A DNA stretch of 64,000 nt from Cyanophora paradoxa CCMP329 (Eukaryota > Plantae > Glaucophyta), in assembly GCA_004431415.1 (NCBI GenBank), contig QPMI01000058.1:186001-250000 (forward strand). Direction: 5' to 3'. The notes under the pieces are model-generated. The model saw only the letters and a list, made by a program, of their open reading frames with translations. It was not told the DNA's origin and did not search any database. Within the stretch, counting starts at the first letter, position 1; each line of letters starts with the position of its first letter. The position numbers and the translations under genes were made by a program. Of this stretch, positions 12,591 to 27,500 are shown piece after piece.

Positions 12591-15500
12591 TCAAGAAAAC
12601 TTTTTCTTCGTATTCTTCGGCCGCTGCGCCCCGAGAAGGGGTGCCGCTGCGTCTGCTAGCGCAGAGGTCGCAGGGCGCGTGCCGGCGGCGGGCAGCAGGC
12701 CGGCGGCCATGCGCGCCGCGCTGGCGCTCGTGCACGCGAGGGCCGCGGCGGCCGCCGCTGCCGCGGGCCTCACCCCCAGCACCACGCGCTGCAAAATGCG
12801 TCAATTATATATCAACGCGCAACGAAGCGCGAAAAAGACGAGGCCGCACGTTGTAGAGGGCTTGCAAGGCCTTGTAGAGGTGGTACGTGTGGGCGCAGGT
12901 GAGGTCCGAGTGGAGGCAGGCCTTGAGGGCCGCGTCGGGCGGGGCGCTGCCGCCGGCGCGGCGCCAGAGGTCCTCCCGCTTGAGGTGCTCGGCCAGCGGC
13001 TGCTTCACCGCCGCCGCGTCGGCGCCCGTCCCCGCCAGGTACCGGAAGATGAAACGCCGCAGGGCCACGCGCAGGTCCTCCAGCCGCACTCGCGGCGGTG
13101 CGCTTTCAGAAGACGATGCCGCAGCGGGCGCGGCAGCGGTGTCGAGGCCCTCGTGGAGGGTCCGCTCGGCGCCCTTGGGCAGCGGCTCCTTAAACTGGTC
13201 CGCCACGCCCTCCACAACCGCCTGCGCGGGCGTGAGTGCAGCAATCTTCTCGAAAAAGCAAGCGGCGGGCCTCGCAGCAGATGCCCTCGAGCTCCTCGTA
13301 GAGGGCGCAGACGTGCTTCAGCGCGAGGCCGCGGACCGAGGGTAGCGTCAGGAGCCACTCCTCCAGGGAATACCGCTCAAACTGCTGCGCGAACTCGCTC
13401 AGCAGCTGCTCCTCCGGCCACCGGCCCGGCACCCGGTTCAGCTGCGGCGGCGTCAGAAGCGCTCTAAAAGAGTTGAGCGGTGAGGGCGGACCGTGGAAAG
13501 GATGACGTCCATCGCGGACATGAGCCGCTGGCGCTGCTTCTTTAGCTCCTTGTCGGCCTGCACGCCGCTTCAGAGCAGAGCAGCGAAACGGAAGAGTGAA
13601 GGCGCGCCTCGAGGGCGGCGACGCTCTCGCGCGCGAGCGGCTCCTGCGGCACTTTCCCGTGGATCTCCTCCATTATCATACCGGCGCTGCGCGGCACGTG
13701 AGCCGCAGGAACAAAACAGCACTGGAGGAAGGTAGCGCCTGGGGAAGAGCTCGAGGTGGTAGACGAAGGGGCGGACGAGGGCGCGGGAACGGTCCTCAGG
13801 GTCTGCCTGCAGCAGCCGCCGCCCCGCGAAGGCGCGCGCGGCCAGCGCCGCCTCCGCCGCGCCGAAGTCGTAGGCGACGGCCCCGCGGCCGGCGCGGGCG
13901 AGGGCCAGGGATGGTAGCGCGTGCCGCTGCGCGAATTCGTCGTCCAGGTCGAACGTGCAGAGGTCCGCCTCCGTTGCATCCTGCAGATTCCTAAGCTCCT
14001 CAGACCATCACGCAAGCGCACACGACAGTGCACCTGAATGGCGACCTCGCCGAAGGCGGCGGCGGAGGTGGCGAGGAAGGCGACGGCGGGGTGGCCCCGC
14101 CGCGCGAGCGCCGCCGCCTCAGTCAGGAGGAAGTTCTGCACGCACGCGACCTGGTCCAGCCCGATGCAAAGGAAGAGCCTGCGGGCAGATCAGATGAAAT
14201 CGGGCGGCGAGCAGTAGGGCGCAAACCCGCTGTCCTTGCGCTCCGGGAGGCAGAGCGCGAGGGCGGCGTGCCGCGTCATCTCAGGCATCGTCAGCTCCGT
14301 GCACTCAAAGCGCGTGACCTCGGGCCGCAGCTCGTTCCACGCCGCTGCAAAAGCCTCGAAGGAGGCCTCCAGAAACTGACGGTCCTCCGGCAATCGCGGG
14401 CGCTTTTGCTCAGGATCGCGATCTTCGTAATCGATGAAGTCCCCGATCGTACGTGCGCCCGCATTTGCGCGCGTGACACTGTGCTCGAGTCGCCGCGACA
14501 CCTCGCACGACCACCTCGCGAGCGCCCACATGCGCCGCAGCGCCCCAACGCTGCCCTCGTGCTCGAGCAGCAGCGCCAGGACGGGGTTGCGCCTTGCGTT
14601 CTCGGGGCGCAGGCGGAAGGCGGCGCGGAGACCGTCGGCAGAGCCGGCGTGGACAGTGGAAAAGATGCGTGGGAGGAACCGTGGTGCGTAGTTGGCGTTT
14701 TGCAGCAGCGGCCCGAAGTCCTCTAGCACCTCGGCCTCGAGCGCGGCGGTTTGGTCCGCGTCGCTGGGCCGGCACGCCTCGCGCACGCGCGCCGCCTCTG
14801 CCGTGGCGCCGTTCTCGATGAGCGGCTGAACATACCGCCGCGCAAAGGCCTGCTCGAAGTCGCGCCGGGCCTTCGGCGATGCCATTGCGGCATGCGGGAA
14901 GGCGGCGCGCCCGCCCTCCAGCTCCGCCGCAAAGCGTCGGAGGACACCGTGCACCGCGAGGCAGATGGACGCGTAGTCGGCCGAGAGGATGCGCGACAGC
15001 GCGCCGACGTCGCCAGCGACGATGTCGAGGCAGTGTTTCGCGTCGCCGTTGAAGAAAAGAGCGCGGCCAGCGTCCTCGGGCAGCACGCCCGTGCGGGCGG
15101 CGGCCGCCAGCGAGAGGTACGTCAGGAGGTGCAGGACGCGGAAGGCAGCGGGGTGCAGCTCGCGCTCCGTGTGCCCCGCGGCGCGCAGCGTCTCAGGGTT
15201 CTCAGGGATGATGCCAGGACGGTCGGGGTCGACCGCTGGCTGGGCGGCTTCGTTGCCGGTCGCCGGCACGTGGTCCATGCCCCCCAGCGTCAGCCCACAG
15301 TTTGGGCACCGCACCGTCTGCATCGGTCGCCCGCATGCGCCGACCGAGTACCTGCACAATGGTCAGACAGCCAGAACAGTCGCAAAAACGCGGAGGCATT
15401 GCAAAAAGGCGCACCAGAAGCCGCAGGAGTGCCGGTACCACTGGTTCCTTTCTCCGTTGACACTCCTCAAGGCGCGGGCAAGCATCGCCTGGTCGTTGGA

Positions 15501-18500
15501 GGGGGCGGCCGGGACAAATAGCTGCGAGATGCGGCCGGGGTCCGCAAGAATGGCGTGGAACGGGGACGCGTCGGGCCCGTCGACCGTGAAGACGGAGGCC
15601 GCGTGGGCGAAAAGGGCGGCGAGGTGGAGGTCAAAGAGGTCACAGCCCGGTGCAACATCGATCCAGCTAGGCCGGGGCAGCGCGAGAGCGCCCGATGCTG
15701 GCGCGGCCTCGGGGGCGAGGAGTGTCCGGAGGATGCAGGCGGCTTGGCCACGAGGCGGGCGGGCCTCCAGCAGGTCGACGAGGACAGTGCGCGCGGTGGT
15801 TTCACGGTCCGTGAGTGCAGCAGAGCCACGGGAAAGGTAGAAGCGGGCGAGTGCGGCCTGCAGAAGGGCGCGATTGGCGGCGGCGTCGCCGTCGTGCGCT
15901 GCAATGACAAGCTCCTCGACTCCCTCGCGGGCCTGATTGAAGTTTAGAGGATTTACATTTAGAGGATTCCCAATCGCTTTCCAGTGCGGAGCCGCGTGCG
16001 CACCTCGCGAATTACGAAAGCGTCGAGCGCGCGATCCGCCGCGTCGTATTGCTCGTCGCCGGCGAAGGGGTCGACGTCAAGGCGGGAGGTGGCCGCGCGC
16101 CGCCACGGGAGGCGGCCCATCCAGGGCAGGCGCTTGTCCAGCACCTCGCCGCAGTGGGCACGCAGCTCCTTGAGCGGGAGGCCGTCCGCCTGCTGCCGCA
16201 CGGCCCGCAGGAGCGCCACTTTGGCCGCCTCCACGCGCGGCGCATTGGAGTCCAGCGCCTCCTCAAGCGCCTTTTCGAGATGCTCACACAGGTCGAAGCG
16301 GCCGCTGTTGGGCGTAAGGAAGGCTGCCACGGCGCGGACCAGCGCCCGCACAAATGCCGCGGCCATCGCCAGGCGGAGCGGTCTGCTGCTTGAAATGGCG
16401 GGATCAATAGCAAGGGTGCGGCAGGCCGAGCGGAGGCAGTTGGCAAGCTCGCGCGATGTGCGACTGCCTGCCGCGCAGGCGTCCGGCCCGATCCGAGAGT
16501 AATGCGATAGGAGGAGGACGTCGCAGACGAATGCCCATGCCTCGCTGTCGGCGGGGTGAGCGGCTTCATGCAGGGCGCCCTCTACGGCGGACAGGGCAAG
16601 CGACTCGGCGACGAGGGTAGGGCGAATGACGGCGTCGCCGAAGAGACCCAGCAGGCTCGATCGCGAGTCGTCCGCGTAGTCCTCAGCAGCCAGCGTGAGG
16701 AAGTTGCGGAGGACGACGGCGGCGCCCGCCGTCAGGTGCGGGCGGGCGCCGAGCAGCCGCCCCGCCACGAGGCGCAGCAGTTCGCGGTACCGGTCCATCG
16801 CAGCCTCCGAGTCCAACGCCACGTGGTTGGCCGTCTCGATGCAGCGAACGAAAAGGGCGCTCTCGAAGCGGTCGAGTGCGACCTCGTCCATGTGCTTCGC
16901 GTGGCCGTCGATGGCGCGCAATAGACCGGAGACGAAGGGTGGCGAGGCGAGCAGCGGGGCTCCGGTAGCGTCAGCCTCCGCCTCCTGCCCAAGGTCAACG
17001 ACCGCCCGCAGGATATCAGCGTGACACGGGTGCTGCTGCTGCGGCTGCTTGAAGCAGCCCGCCAGCTCTGTGCAGAGACGCAGGAGCTGGATCGGCGCTG
17101 TCGGCGGAACCTCGAAGGGGCCACCCGCCGAGATCTGTGCGATGACGAAGCGGGAGGCTTGGAGCCAGTCGGGCGAGGCGCCCGCGCGCGCCAGCACCAA
17201 TTTGCAGACGCGGTCTGCGATGAAGACGCGCGTCGCCTCCGCGCCATTAGCCACGCTGTCGCCAATGACTTCCTGCATGCCGACGATGCGAGAGCACGCA
17301 GCGAGGAGGGCCGTGCACGAAGAAGCCTCCTTGGCGCGACGCCACCAGAACGTGTGCACCTCCACAAAGCTGGCGAACGGCTCCGGGTGCAGAGAGCGCA
17401 GGAGCCACGCGACGACGTTGGCGGCTGTTCGCAGCTCCTGCGGAGACCTGCCATCGAACGTGGCACCATCATGAAACTGATGCCGGAAAGTGTCCGACAT
17501 CAAAGTCGCGGCGACCTGCGTCGCTTCAGCACTAAGAAAGCAAGCGGATCGCCGATTGCAAGACGACGCACGCTGATTACAAAGTCGGCGACGTAGTCTT
17601 CCACATTGCCGTAGGCCTCGGACTGCAAGACGGACGGCGCGGCGGCCGCGATCGCCGCCTGCAGATCCCGCAGGCAGTCGGCCTCGGCCGCCGCCTCCGC
17701 GGCCTCCTCGTCCGCCCCGTCTTCGGTGTGCCGCTGGCGCAGCGCCTCCATTTTCAGGCGGCAGCTCTCGCGAAACTCTTCGACCCGCGCTAAAACAGCG
17801 CGCGAAAGGGGCAGGCGGCGCGGCGGGAACGGCCCCTGCACCGCGTAGCCCTCGACCTTTGGGGCTGGAATGGCGGACAGGTCCTCCAGGTCCAGCTTCA
17901 GGTCGGTGACGATGGGATACCACGCGGCGGCAAACGTGTCCGGGCGCTCGACAAGGGTTGCGAGGGCCTCCTCCCGCTCGAGGGCAAAAACAATTTTGGC
18001 GAGCGGCGTCCGGATCTGGCGGCGCAAGAACTCCAGGATGGCGGCCCCCAGCGTCGTGGACATCGCCAGGTCCTGCAAAGTAACCAGAGCTATTGTAAGC
18101 AAGGCAAAGGCAAGACAGCTCTCTCTGAATGGCAAAGCAAACCTGGAAACTGGATGCCAGGCGCTGAGCCCAGAAGGCGTCGGATTCAGCGTCGCTCTTC
18201 AGACTCGACACGATGAGGCTTTTCAGGAACGTGCGCACAGAAGGCGAAGTGCGAATGCCCGAGATGATTCCCTTCACGTGGTCGATGGCGAGGTCTGACC
18301 GCTTGTAACGGACAGCTGAGAAGGCCCACTGCAGCACCTCGCCGAACAGCACGTCCAGGAGCCCACCCTCCTGCCCACCCTCGCGCTGCAGCAGCTCCGC
18401 CACCGAAGACTCGAGGAGGGGCGCGATGACCAGCGGCACGCGCCCCTCGGCGTCAACGGTGACGGGATCGAGAGAGTCGACAGTAGTCTGGCGCCACTGG

Positions 18501-21500
18501 CCGAGGTGGCTGAAGTCGGCCTTGCAAGCAGAGGACCGGTCGAGGTGAACAATGATGAGCGCGTGCTTTGGCGTCAGTGCTTTGCCCGTCTTTTCTGCCA
18601 CCGCAATGTACTCGTCACGGTGCTGATCCAGCAGGTACTTAGCGAGCGGAATGGTGGCACGGTCAAGCTGGGCCGAGCACTGCACGACCAGCAGGTCCTC
18701 GCCGGACTCTGCGCTCCAAAACGCCTTCATTCGAGACACGAAGTCCGACTCGCGCTTGATGGCGCCAAGGATGACGACCGACGGCTGCAGGGCGCCGGCG
18801 TTGACCGTGGGCGTCGGCTGCGAGAAAGTGTACACGATGGAGGTGATGCCGACTGCCCCGCCCCGCTTGGCGGGCTGCTCGCTCCATTTCGCGACAGCGC
18901 TTGACACGAACGCCGCCAGCGATCCATGCTCCTGTTCTCTGCGGTAGATCTCCGTGATGCGCCGGGCAGCATCGGGATCAGAGCCGAGTCGAGTCAGCGT
19001 CAGCCGGACGACGCAATCCTCAGTCATTGTGTCGATGAGATCCGCCTTGCATCGTTCCAGGACAATTTCGCGAGATTCAATGCGCTCGCCAGCGTAAAGT
19101 CGCACAAGAGAAGGCAATGTGTCCTGATTAAAACCGCAGAACGAGCGCTCCGGATGCTCAGAGACAAAGCTGCTCCCCTGCACAGTGCATGTCGATATAT
19201 CGTTGACCCAGTGCTTGAGAGTGCGAATGAGGCTCTGCTGTTCCTCCGTCAAGATGTCTTCGTAAGAAATCACCTGCTTCTCAAAGCGGTTGAGGAAAGG
19301 CGGATCTGCACACGAGGGCGGCGTTCAGAGGAGCAACAGCAGCAGCGCTGCAGCAGCAACCGACCTTGCTTCTCAACGTCATCGCGGTCTATGACGACGA
19401 TGCAACGGAACGATTCGTCGACGTGACACATGGGGTTCGAGTAAGCGCCCAGCGCAACGCGGCAATTGCGCTTATTATTGACGATGGAGTAGTTCTGATT
19501 GAGGGCGTCGTAAAGCGAGCCATACACGTTGAGGTCCTTCAAGATGACGCAGTTGCCCGCCTCCATCGACAAGATGATGCGACTAAGCGTCCGATACATA
19601 TAGTCTTCCGATCCGATGTCGTCGGGGAAGGAGGATCCTGGACGGCAAGTCAGTTATTGAACGGGAAAAGACATGCACCAAAATGCACCAACGATGATTA
19701 CAAGGCTACGGTTGCGCAAGGTGAGGACGGGCGCGAGCTCCTTCTGCAGGATGCCCATCGTGGCATCGCAGCCGGACGCAACGAGCAGATGCCGCGCCTC
19801 CGTGTCGAGCCAGTTCTCGCGAATCAGCTCCAGCACAGAAGGGCGTGCACGAACGTAGCCTGGAATTGCGCTTGCTTCGAGGTCAAGGTGCTTGACGAAC
19901 AGATCGACCATCTGCTGCGAGAGCTCCCATGATCCTCCCCCACGCAGCTTTGAAGTGGGAAGAGCCGACAGGCCACCGAAATTGCGGTGGAGGGCGCGCA
20001 GGACAGTTTCGAGCGTCTGCATGGGCGTGCCCGGCGGCTCTCGGGCCAGGCGCTTTACCAGGCTGAGTGTGCGTAAGCGAAACAATTCAAGCGACAGCAA
20101 CGATGCGCCCACCAGTAGTAATCGCGCAGGCCGTGGAAGTTTTCGAACTGGTTCTCCTTCATCCTCGTCTGGTGCTCGTGGTACGCCTTGGCGAGGCCAT
20201 GAAGCCGGGCGTCGTCGAGGATCGTCGCCCGCTCAACAGTGCCCCCGAAATAACTGTTCTCGGCTGCTGCTTGAGCGGACTCACGCCAGCCCTCCACAAT
20301 CGCCTTGGCAGTGTTGTAGAGATCATCGACGTCCGGCTCTGGGCGCGAGAGATGGATAGCCCGGTTCATTTTCGCGGGGTCGAGCTGCCAGTTCGAGATT
20401 CCGACGACGGCCACGTCTGGAAACACCTTTGGGTACCTGTGCCCAACGTCAGCTCTCTAAATAGACAGAAGCAACGTGCAGCGCACCCAGGCTCAAGCAG
20501 GGCGTGCAGAACCTTCAGCGGGTTGAAGCGGGAGATCTCCGCAAGCCCGACCTCATCCAGCAGCACGACCGGAATCGTCGCCGGGCGCTCCCGGTCGCCA
20601 TCGGCTCCCTGCTCGGACGGGTGTGACCCGTACTTGCGCGCCTTCTCGAAGACCTTAAGGATGCCGTCCGACGTCGACTGCTCGGAGCCCTGGAACGAGA
20701 CGAAGTACAGCTGCAACAGCGCAGACCTCAGAAAGGCGCGGCGAACGGAGATATCGATTCCGAATTACAGACCTGTGGCAGGGTGCGGAAGAACGGGTCC
20801 TTGCTGTCGGGCCCGCGAAGATTCGAGTAGATGAGGCGCATTGAGAGCGACTTGCTGCAGCCGGGCTGGAAAAATGTAAGTGCACAAAGAAAGCGCTCGA
20901 AAGAGGATGCAGGCCCCACCTTGCCAACGAGGAAGACGGGGATGCAGTGGATGATGCAAACAAGCAGGACGAAAACGTTCTCGAGAAGCGCCTCATTCAT
21001 CGCTGTTCCGGGAGGGAGCTCCATCCTCCGCAGGTAGTCCCACTGCTCCCACTGGATGATGTGCATCAGATGGTCCGCGGTTGTGTTCGGCTTGAACAAT
21101 CTTGCGAGGAGCTCGCGATACTTTTCGCGCGCGCTGCGCCCTGCCAGGCGGCTGTGGTAGCAGTGTGCCAGCGCCAAGACAACCGCCCGCACGCGAATCG
21201 ATGCAGTGGGCGGTTTCGTGTGATCATGATCTGCAGCACCCGCCCCGACTTTTGCGAATAACCATCGCACTCCCGCAGTCAGCGCGTCGACAGCTGTCGA
21301 CATCGTGTTTGCCTTGTCGATGTGCTCCCGAAGGGCCAGCAGACCAAGGAATTTTCCCATCAGGAAGATGCAGCGACGGACGTCACGCAGGCTGATGCTA
21401 GAGATCCCTTCAACGTCGGCCATAAAGTGCTGCGATGCCACGAGAAGACTCACAACCAGGCCTGCCGTCACGTTCGAGTCTCGGTGGCGCGGATCGGTAA

Positions 21501-24500
21501 AGAACTCGCTCGTCTCGACCATCGCGCAAATGTACTGCTCCTCGTCCGCGCGCGTCAGCGACCCGAAGTCCCACACGTAGTCCGCCAGCTTCTCGGGCAA
21601 AGGGTGCACGCGGTAGACGAGCTTCGACATCGGATCGTCACGTTGCTTTAGCTTCAGGCCGGCCTGCTGCTGCTTTGCCAGCTCCGCGGGAGTGCGCTTC
21701 TTGTACGGGTTGCATGCTGCAAGAAAGGCGATGTTGCGGGAGATGGGCCGGCCCTTGATGGTGTGCTGGCAAATGATCTCTCCCACAAGGCCAATCGAGT
21801 CGCTTGTATTAATCTCGTCCAGAAAGACCCAGACGGGCTGCCCAGTGGACGCTTGCTCCTCGGCTGCCTCAATTACTTTCTCAATATGCCAATCCGTGAC
21901 GCCAGCGTGGAAGTTCAATACCTCAAATCGAACTCCTGCGACCTTTGCCAGGAACCGGACCTGAGGCGGTCCGGGTCAAATCAAGAAGGCATGGCCGCGC
22001 CGAAGGACAATAGCGCACCAGGCTCGTCTTGCCGCAGCCAGTCTCGCCCATGACGACCACGGGCACGCGGGCGCGCACACGGGTCAGAATGAGGCCCATC
22101 TTGAGGAGGTTGTCGAGCGTCATCACGTAACCATCCGTTTCAATGTCGGTTGCGCGCGTGCTGGAAGACAACAGCCGAAGGAGGTGATCCAGCAGCTCGA
22201 TCGGCTTTAGCTTGCTATAGTCAAGAAGGCCGCGATCCTTGCCGAATGACTGCGTGCCAGCGTGAGTAAATTCAAACACGAGTCACAGGAAGGCAGCGCT
22301 GACCTGGCTCTCGAGGAGAAGCCTGACAGACTCAGGCACGCGCGCCGGGTCTCGGTAGAGGGCCGTGCAAGAGCCGACGGGGTGAAAGAGGACAAGCAGA
22401 TGGTTGTTCTCGTCGGCCGACCACTGAACCATGCGCGAAAATCGGTCCACGCAACGATCGATGTCGTCTTCGGCTGCCCCAAGACCAGGCACTGGTGCCG
22501 GCGTCTGAGCTTGCTTGAGGCTGGCGAATTCGGCCGCCATGTCGACGAGGGAGTCGAGCAGGAGCACGCGGACGTCGCTTGAAGCGCCGTGCATCGCGTA
22601 CGCGAGGTTCCGCACCCTGAAGAACGGGCTCTTGGAAAAGGAGACGAGCTGGCATGCGAGCACGTGGATGAAAGTTCGTAGGGCCGAGAAAGACGCGTTC
22701 CTTGAGACCCTAGGATGCTCAAAGAAGTACTTCCGCAGAAGAGCGCGGCATTCTTTCAGCGGAACAGCGCGGGCGCCGGATCCAGCGAGCTGAATGTCTT
22801 CAACCTGCAGCCGACCGCTGTCCAAAGCCTGCAGGTACCTGCAAAAACGATGAACGAGTGCTCAAGGGCTTCGAAACACTAAACAACGTTCGCACCTGCA
22901 GACGACCTGATCGGGGCTCGACGGAGCGATGCTGACCACGACGCGATCGACTGACCATTGGATGTGCTGTCGCTGCAGGCATCCGCAGAACGATAGGGCT
23001 GGAAGGAGAGAGCCGCTCGCTGTGTTGCTAATCTCGATGAACACGGGCAGATTCGGGAGGTGGAAGGTTTCGTCTCCTGCAGAAACGGAACGGAGGAAGA
23101 GCAGCTCGAGGAGAAAGAGGTTCAGCGCCTGAGGCGAGTCCACTTGGCCGATGTCGATGTGCAGAGCGTGTCTGGAAGCATTTAAAGTCAGCTCATTCAG
23201 ACGAACAGCGAGCGATTCGGAGCTGATGTGTCCGCAGATGGTAATGACAACCCTCTCGCGCCCCTGTCGAAGGCACTGCAGCCGAATCTCCTCGGACTTG
23301 CCGAGGCCAGCCGCCGCCGAAGTGTAGATAAAGATATTAGATAGTAGCTGCTCGGCAATCTCGCACAGAGATTCTTGACCGAGACCAGCCGTCGGAATAA
23401 CGGATGATGTAAAATCGGTGAGAATCTGCGACTGCTCGCCGGTTGCACCGCGGCGACAACAGATGACGGCGAGTCGGTACGGGTTGAATGCAGCTTCGTG
23501 CTGCAGCTGACGAACGCGGTCCGAGAGCTGGATCTGCAGCTGGTAGTCGAGCAGCTCGGCATTGACGATACAGAAGAGACGATCGTGGAACCCATTCTTC
23601 CACGCATTGCGGCAGCGATCGAGGAACAGCAACAAGTCCTCTAGAGTTGTTGCAGGCGAGCAGAAAAGCACCTGGCTGCGAGAGGGAATGCAGCCATCGT
23701 TCATGCAGAGCGAGAAGACAACGTTGACAACGTGCTCCGGACGGTCAACTGCCGCGATGAAGAGGCGGGCCCGCTCCGCGTGCTCTGCATGGTTTGCAGC
23801 GCCGGACTGCGGCCGGGGGAGGGGCGTCGATGCGGACGCTTGCTTGCTCTCTAAGCAGCGGAATACAAAGTCGGCAACTAGTTCGAAACAGGCCTCGGGC
23901 GTCTCCGTGTCCCGCAGCAGGTGCGCAGCTCTGCATTGCAAACGTGCCGACTTGACGCTCTGCACTGCGATGCTGGGCTCAAACTTCCGGACAAGGTTGG
24001 AGATCCGCACTGAGTCTTCTTCTGTCACGGTGCCGTCAGCTGCGTCGATGTAGTCGAAGATTGACCAGATTTGACGAGCTCTAAAGAAGAGAAGGGAGTA
24101 GTTGCGAGCGCGGGCTGAAGTCAGATCCGCCAAACACTTCTTCAAATGGTGCTTGAGCTGCGCGAGCATGCCCTTCAGATCTTTCATCCCGCGGGCAGTC
24201 TTTAACCACTCCCGGTAGTTTCCTGAGAGGCTCTGTAAATCGACAAGCACTCCGAGAACCTAGGATTGGGAGGTTTTAGAATTAGGAAGAAGACAGAAAA
24301 ATAATTAGAGCACCTCTTCGGCAAGAGAGCTTTCGTCGATGAACTGCTGCGAGAGAGCCTTCGATTCGAGCTGCTCCCCCTGCTCGCCACCTTGCCCGCT
24401 GTCACGATTGCGCGAGCTTAAAATGAGCAGTGCCCGGCTGCGAGTGTCCTGCAACTCGTTGAAGTCGATGATGCGGCTCGCCACGCCAGGGCGCTCAGAA

Positions 24501-27500
24501 GGGATTTCCAGATCGAGACGAGCAGAGCCGGCCGTCGCCGAAAAGCGGTACACGCCGCGATCGACTGCGTCCTTCACCGCACTCTTCGTCACTTCACTGC
24601 GGTTTGCGACGGCATCATACAGGCGCTGCAAGCCGTACAGGTTGACGCTGCAGCCGTGCACTTTTATCGCCATGCCCTTCTTGCCAGGCCGATCAAGCAG
24701 GGCCTTAACGAAGTCCGCCGCTGATGCATTTGAAAGCTTGAGTAGAGGCTGCAGGAATCGTCGGACATCGATTAGGTCCTTGAAATTCTCCTGCGAAAAA
24801 GCTCAGCTCTAATGTTTCACACGAGTTGCGTGGTTATAATCAGGCCAGATATCCGATCAGCTTACCGCATGGGAGAACATGTCGTTGTGCTCTTCAACTG
24901 CATCGATGAGATGGCGCAGCTCCTCGTTTTCACGACCAACTCGGTTCAAGAACCCGACAAGCTCTCGTCCATCCTTGGTTGCGATGGTCTTGATAATGGC
25001 AGCCGAGTCGGGACAGACATCTCGAAGGATCTGATCCGTTGAGCACTTCGCTTGCAAGGCTTCCCGAACGGTCAAGATTTCTGAGGAAAGCAGAGCCTCG
25101 GTGCGGCGGAGAGCTTCAGACTCGCGCTGGCTGGCAGCACAAGAAAACGTGTCGAAGCAGTGAAGCAGGTCCCGGCAAAGACTTGAAACCGATGACAATT
25201 TGAGGCAGACGTCGATGTTGCGCACAATCTCCTCACGGCGACGCTGCTGTTGTACTTTGTCAATTGAAGACAACTCGTACATGTGAGAACTTGCGCTCAA
25301 AACTGGAAGCAACGACTGGGCAATCTCCAGTTCGCGAGCAATGAAGTTGGCGTCTGTTACGAGCTGCCAATAACGCAGTAAGACGTGGACGTTGACAGGC
25401 ATGCAGTCCCGCATGAGAGCCGTCATATGATCCTTGTAACGCAGCCACGACGCAACGGTAGAACCTGCCATTCGTGTTTCAAAAGAATCATGCGACTGAT
25501 GCTCATTACGAGAGGCATCGATGTAGGAAGACTGAAGAATGTTGCGGAAGACGGTGGATGCGAAGAGCTGTGATACTGGCTTGGGAAGTTGTCCCAGAGC
25601 TGAATTGAAGGCCGAGACAACTGCATTCAAATTGCTGGAATTCGTGTCGGAAAGCTCGGCAAGAGACCGGTCGGGAAAATGGTGATGCTCCTCTGAAAGC
25701 GTTGTGCGCCAAACGCTGTATTGCGCTCCGTCTTCTTGGGACAACATTACGACTTGCCACGCAGCAAAAATCTCTCCCAACTCGTTGAGCTCATTACGAC
25801 GGCGCTGTGTGATGACTATCGCACTGTCCAGCTCCCCGCGGTCCATGCCAATACCTGCGGCTTCCAAGCACACTACAAAGCTGTCGATGTTGGAGGCTGC
25901 GAGTGTTTCGATAATTTGAACCGGGACCGTTTGCTGAACGACAGAGTGGCGAAGCGCGCTCAGGGCTTTGATGGCAGTTGCAACAATCTTGCTCGAGGAA
26001 ACAGCTGGATTTCCGCGAAGCTGCAGGGCAGCAGCCCAGAATTTACGTGCTCTGATGAGCGCCACGACAGTGTCCTCTTTCTCGAAATCGAGGAAGCGGA
26101 TGGAGTCAAACAGACAAGTAAGACACTCGTCCCGGATTCTGGAACGTAGAAAGGTAAGGAACGTAGCGCGCAACATTAAACAGTTAGACGCACCGCTGAT
26201 CGTAAAAGTCGGTTGATTGGAAGTGCGCTAGCACCAGGGCCGCTGTGTCTGGAATCTCGGCAGCCTTTGCGATGATGGCCGAGCAGCCTTTGACGAAAGC
26301 CGCACGGATCTCGTCGCACCAGCGCAAATTTGTTGCGTCACTACGGCCAGCGAACCGGACCGAACGTAGTATAGCGTCATCGGTATGCTTCCGGCAAGCC
26401 TCCCATGCATAATCGAGAATAGCAGGATGGCGGCGAGCCTGAGGAGGCAGTTGGTCGATAGCGTTGAAGACTGAGAGAGGATTCGCATCTGCAACAAAAG
26501 CGTGTCATAAGTGTTATCAAAACGGAGAATAGAAAATTTTCGACAAAACGAAACGCACGTGCGCTGAATGCTTCAACACCAAATGCCTTTTTGAGGAATT
26601 TACGAGTGCACTCGATCAGCCGTGAAATCGACTTGTCTCCAGACCGAGCAGCAGTGAGCTCCAAGAGAGGAAGATGGCGTTTGAGGTCGGCTCGATCACA
26701 ATACTCGATTACAAGCTCCAGTGGCCGCCAGATGATATTATCAGGCAGCAAGGAAGCATACAGATCATTCCGCATCAAGGAAGGCAGCACGTCCTGAATG
26801 CTCAAGAATGCGCCGGAGCTTCGAACGGAGAGCTTTTCGAGGAGAAACTCTTGCACTGCATCCGCAACAATGGGGTCGAGCCCGCGGGGAAGCCGTGCAT
26901 AGCAATCGAGCACAGCTTGAAGTCGAGCAGCACCACGAAGAGCAGACAGAATGACGAATTTACGGTTTGGAAACACGCTCTGAAGCTGGGCGAGTAGCTG
27001 AGTGGTTGATGTCTGCTTTTCCCAGAGACTTCTCTCCACTGCAGGCCACCACAGATTAGCGACGTCGACCAGCGAGTTGATCGATGGAGCGTGAACGAAG
27101 AGCGCTTTCAGAACACTGAGGAAGCCGGTGAAGCTCAAATGTGCGAGATGAGGTTGAACGGCCTTGGCGGTTTCGACGAAGTGCCCGTGGAAACCTTGAC
27201 GATCGCGATCGGTGTGCGAGTAAGTCTGCGGCAGATCGAGAAGAAATGACAAGTCGAGGCCCAGGGCTGATTGGGCAGCAATGGAGAACATCCAAGAAGC
27301 CGGATCCAGAGCGGAAGCCGTACGAACGAGAAAGAGCAGAGTTTGTTGTGCAACTGCCTTGTTGCGCTCGTCCGTGAGCTGCAGGTCTCGGAATGCACTC
27401 GAGCCATGGTACAGGGATGACAGAAGCATGAGAGCCAGAGGCCCGCGGACCGTATACTGCAATTGCACATTTGGCGTGTCCAGCATCTGCACGCATTATA

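Noticed and set aside
15959-19273. 1104-aa ORF as a standalone protein
   Set aside because: It is part of the RNF213-like gene. It reads through introns, and its middle (about 17550-18075) is off-frame relative to the true exon seen in ORF 17500-18135.
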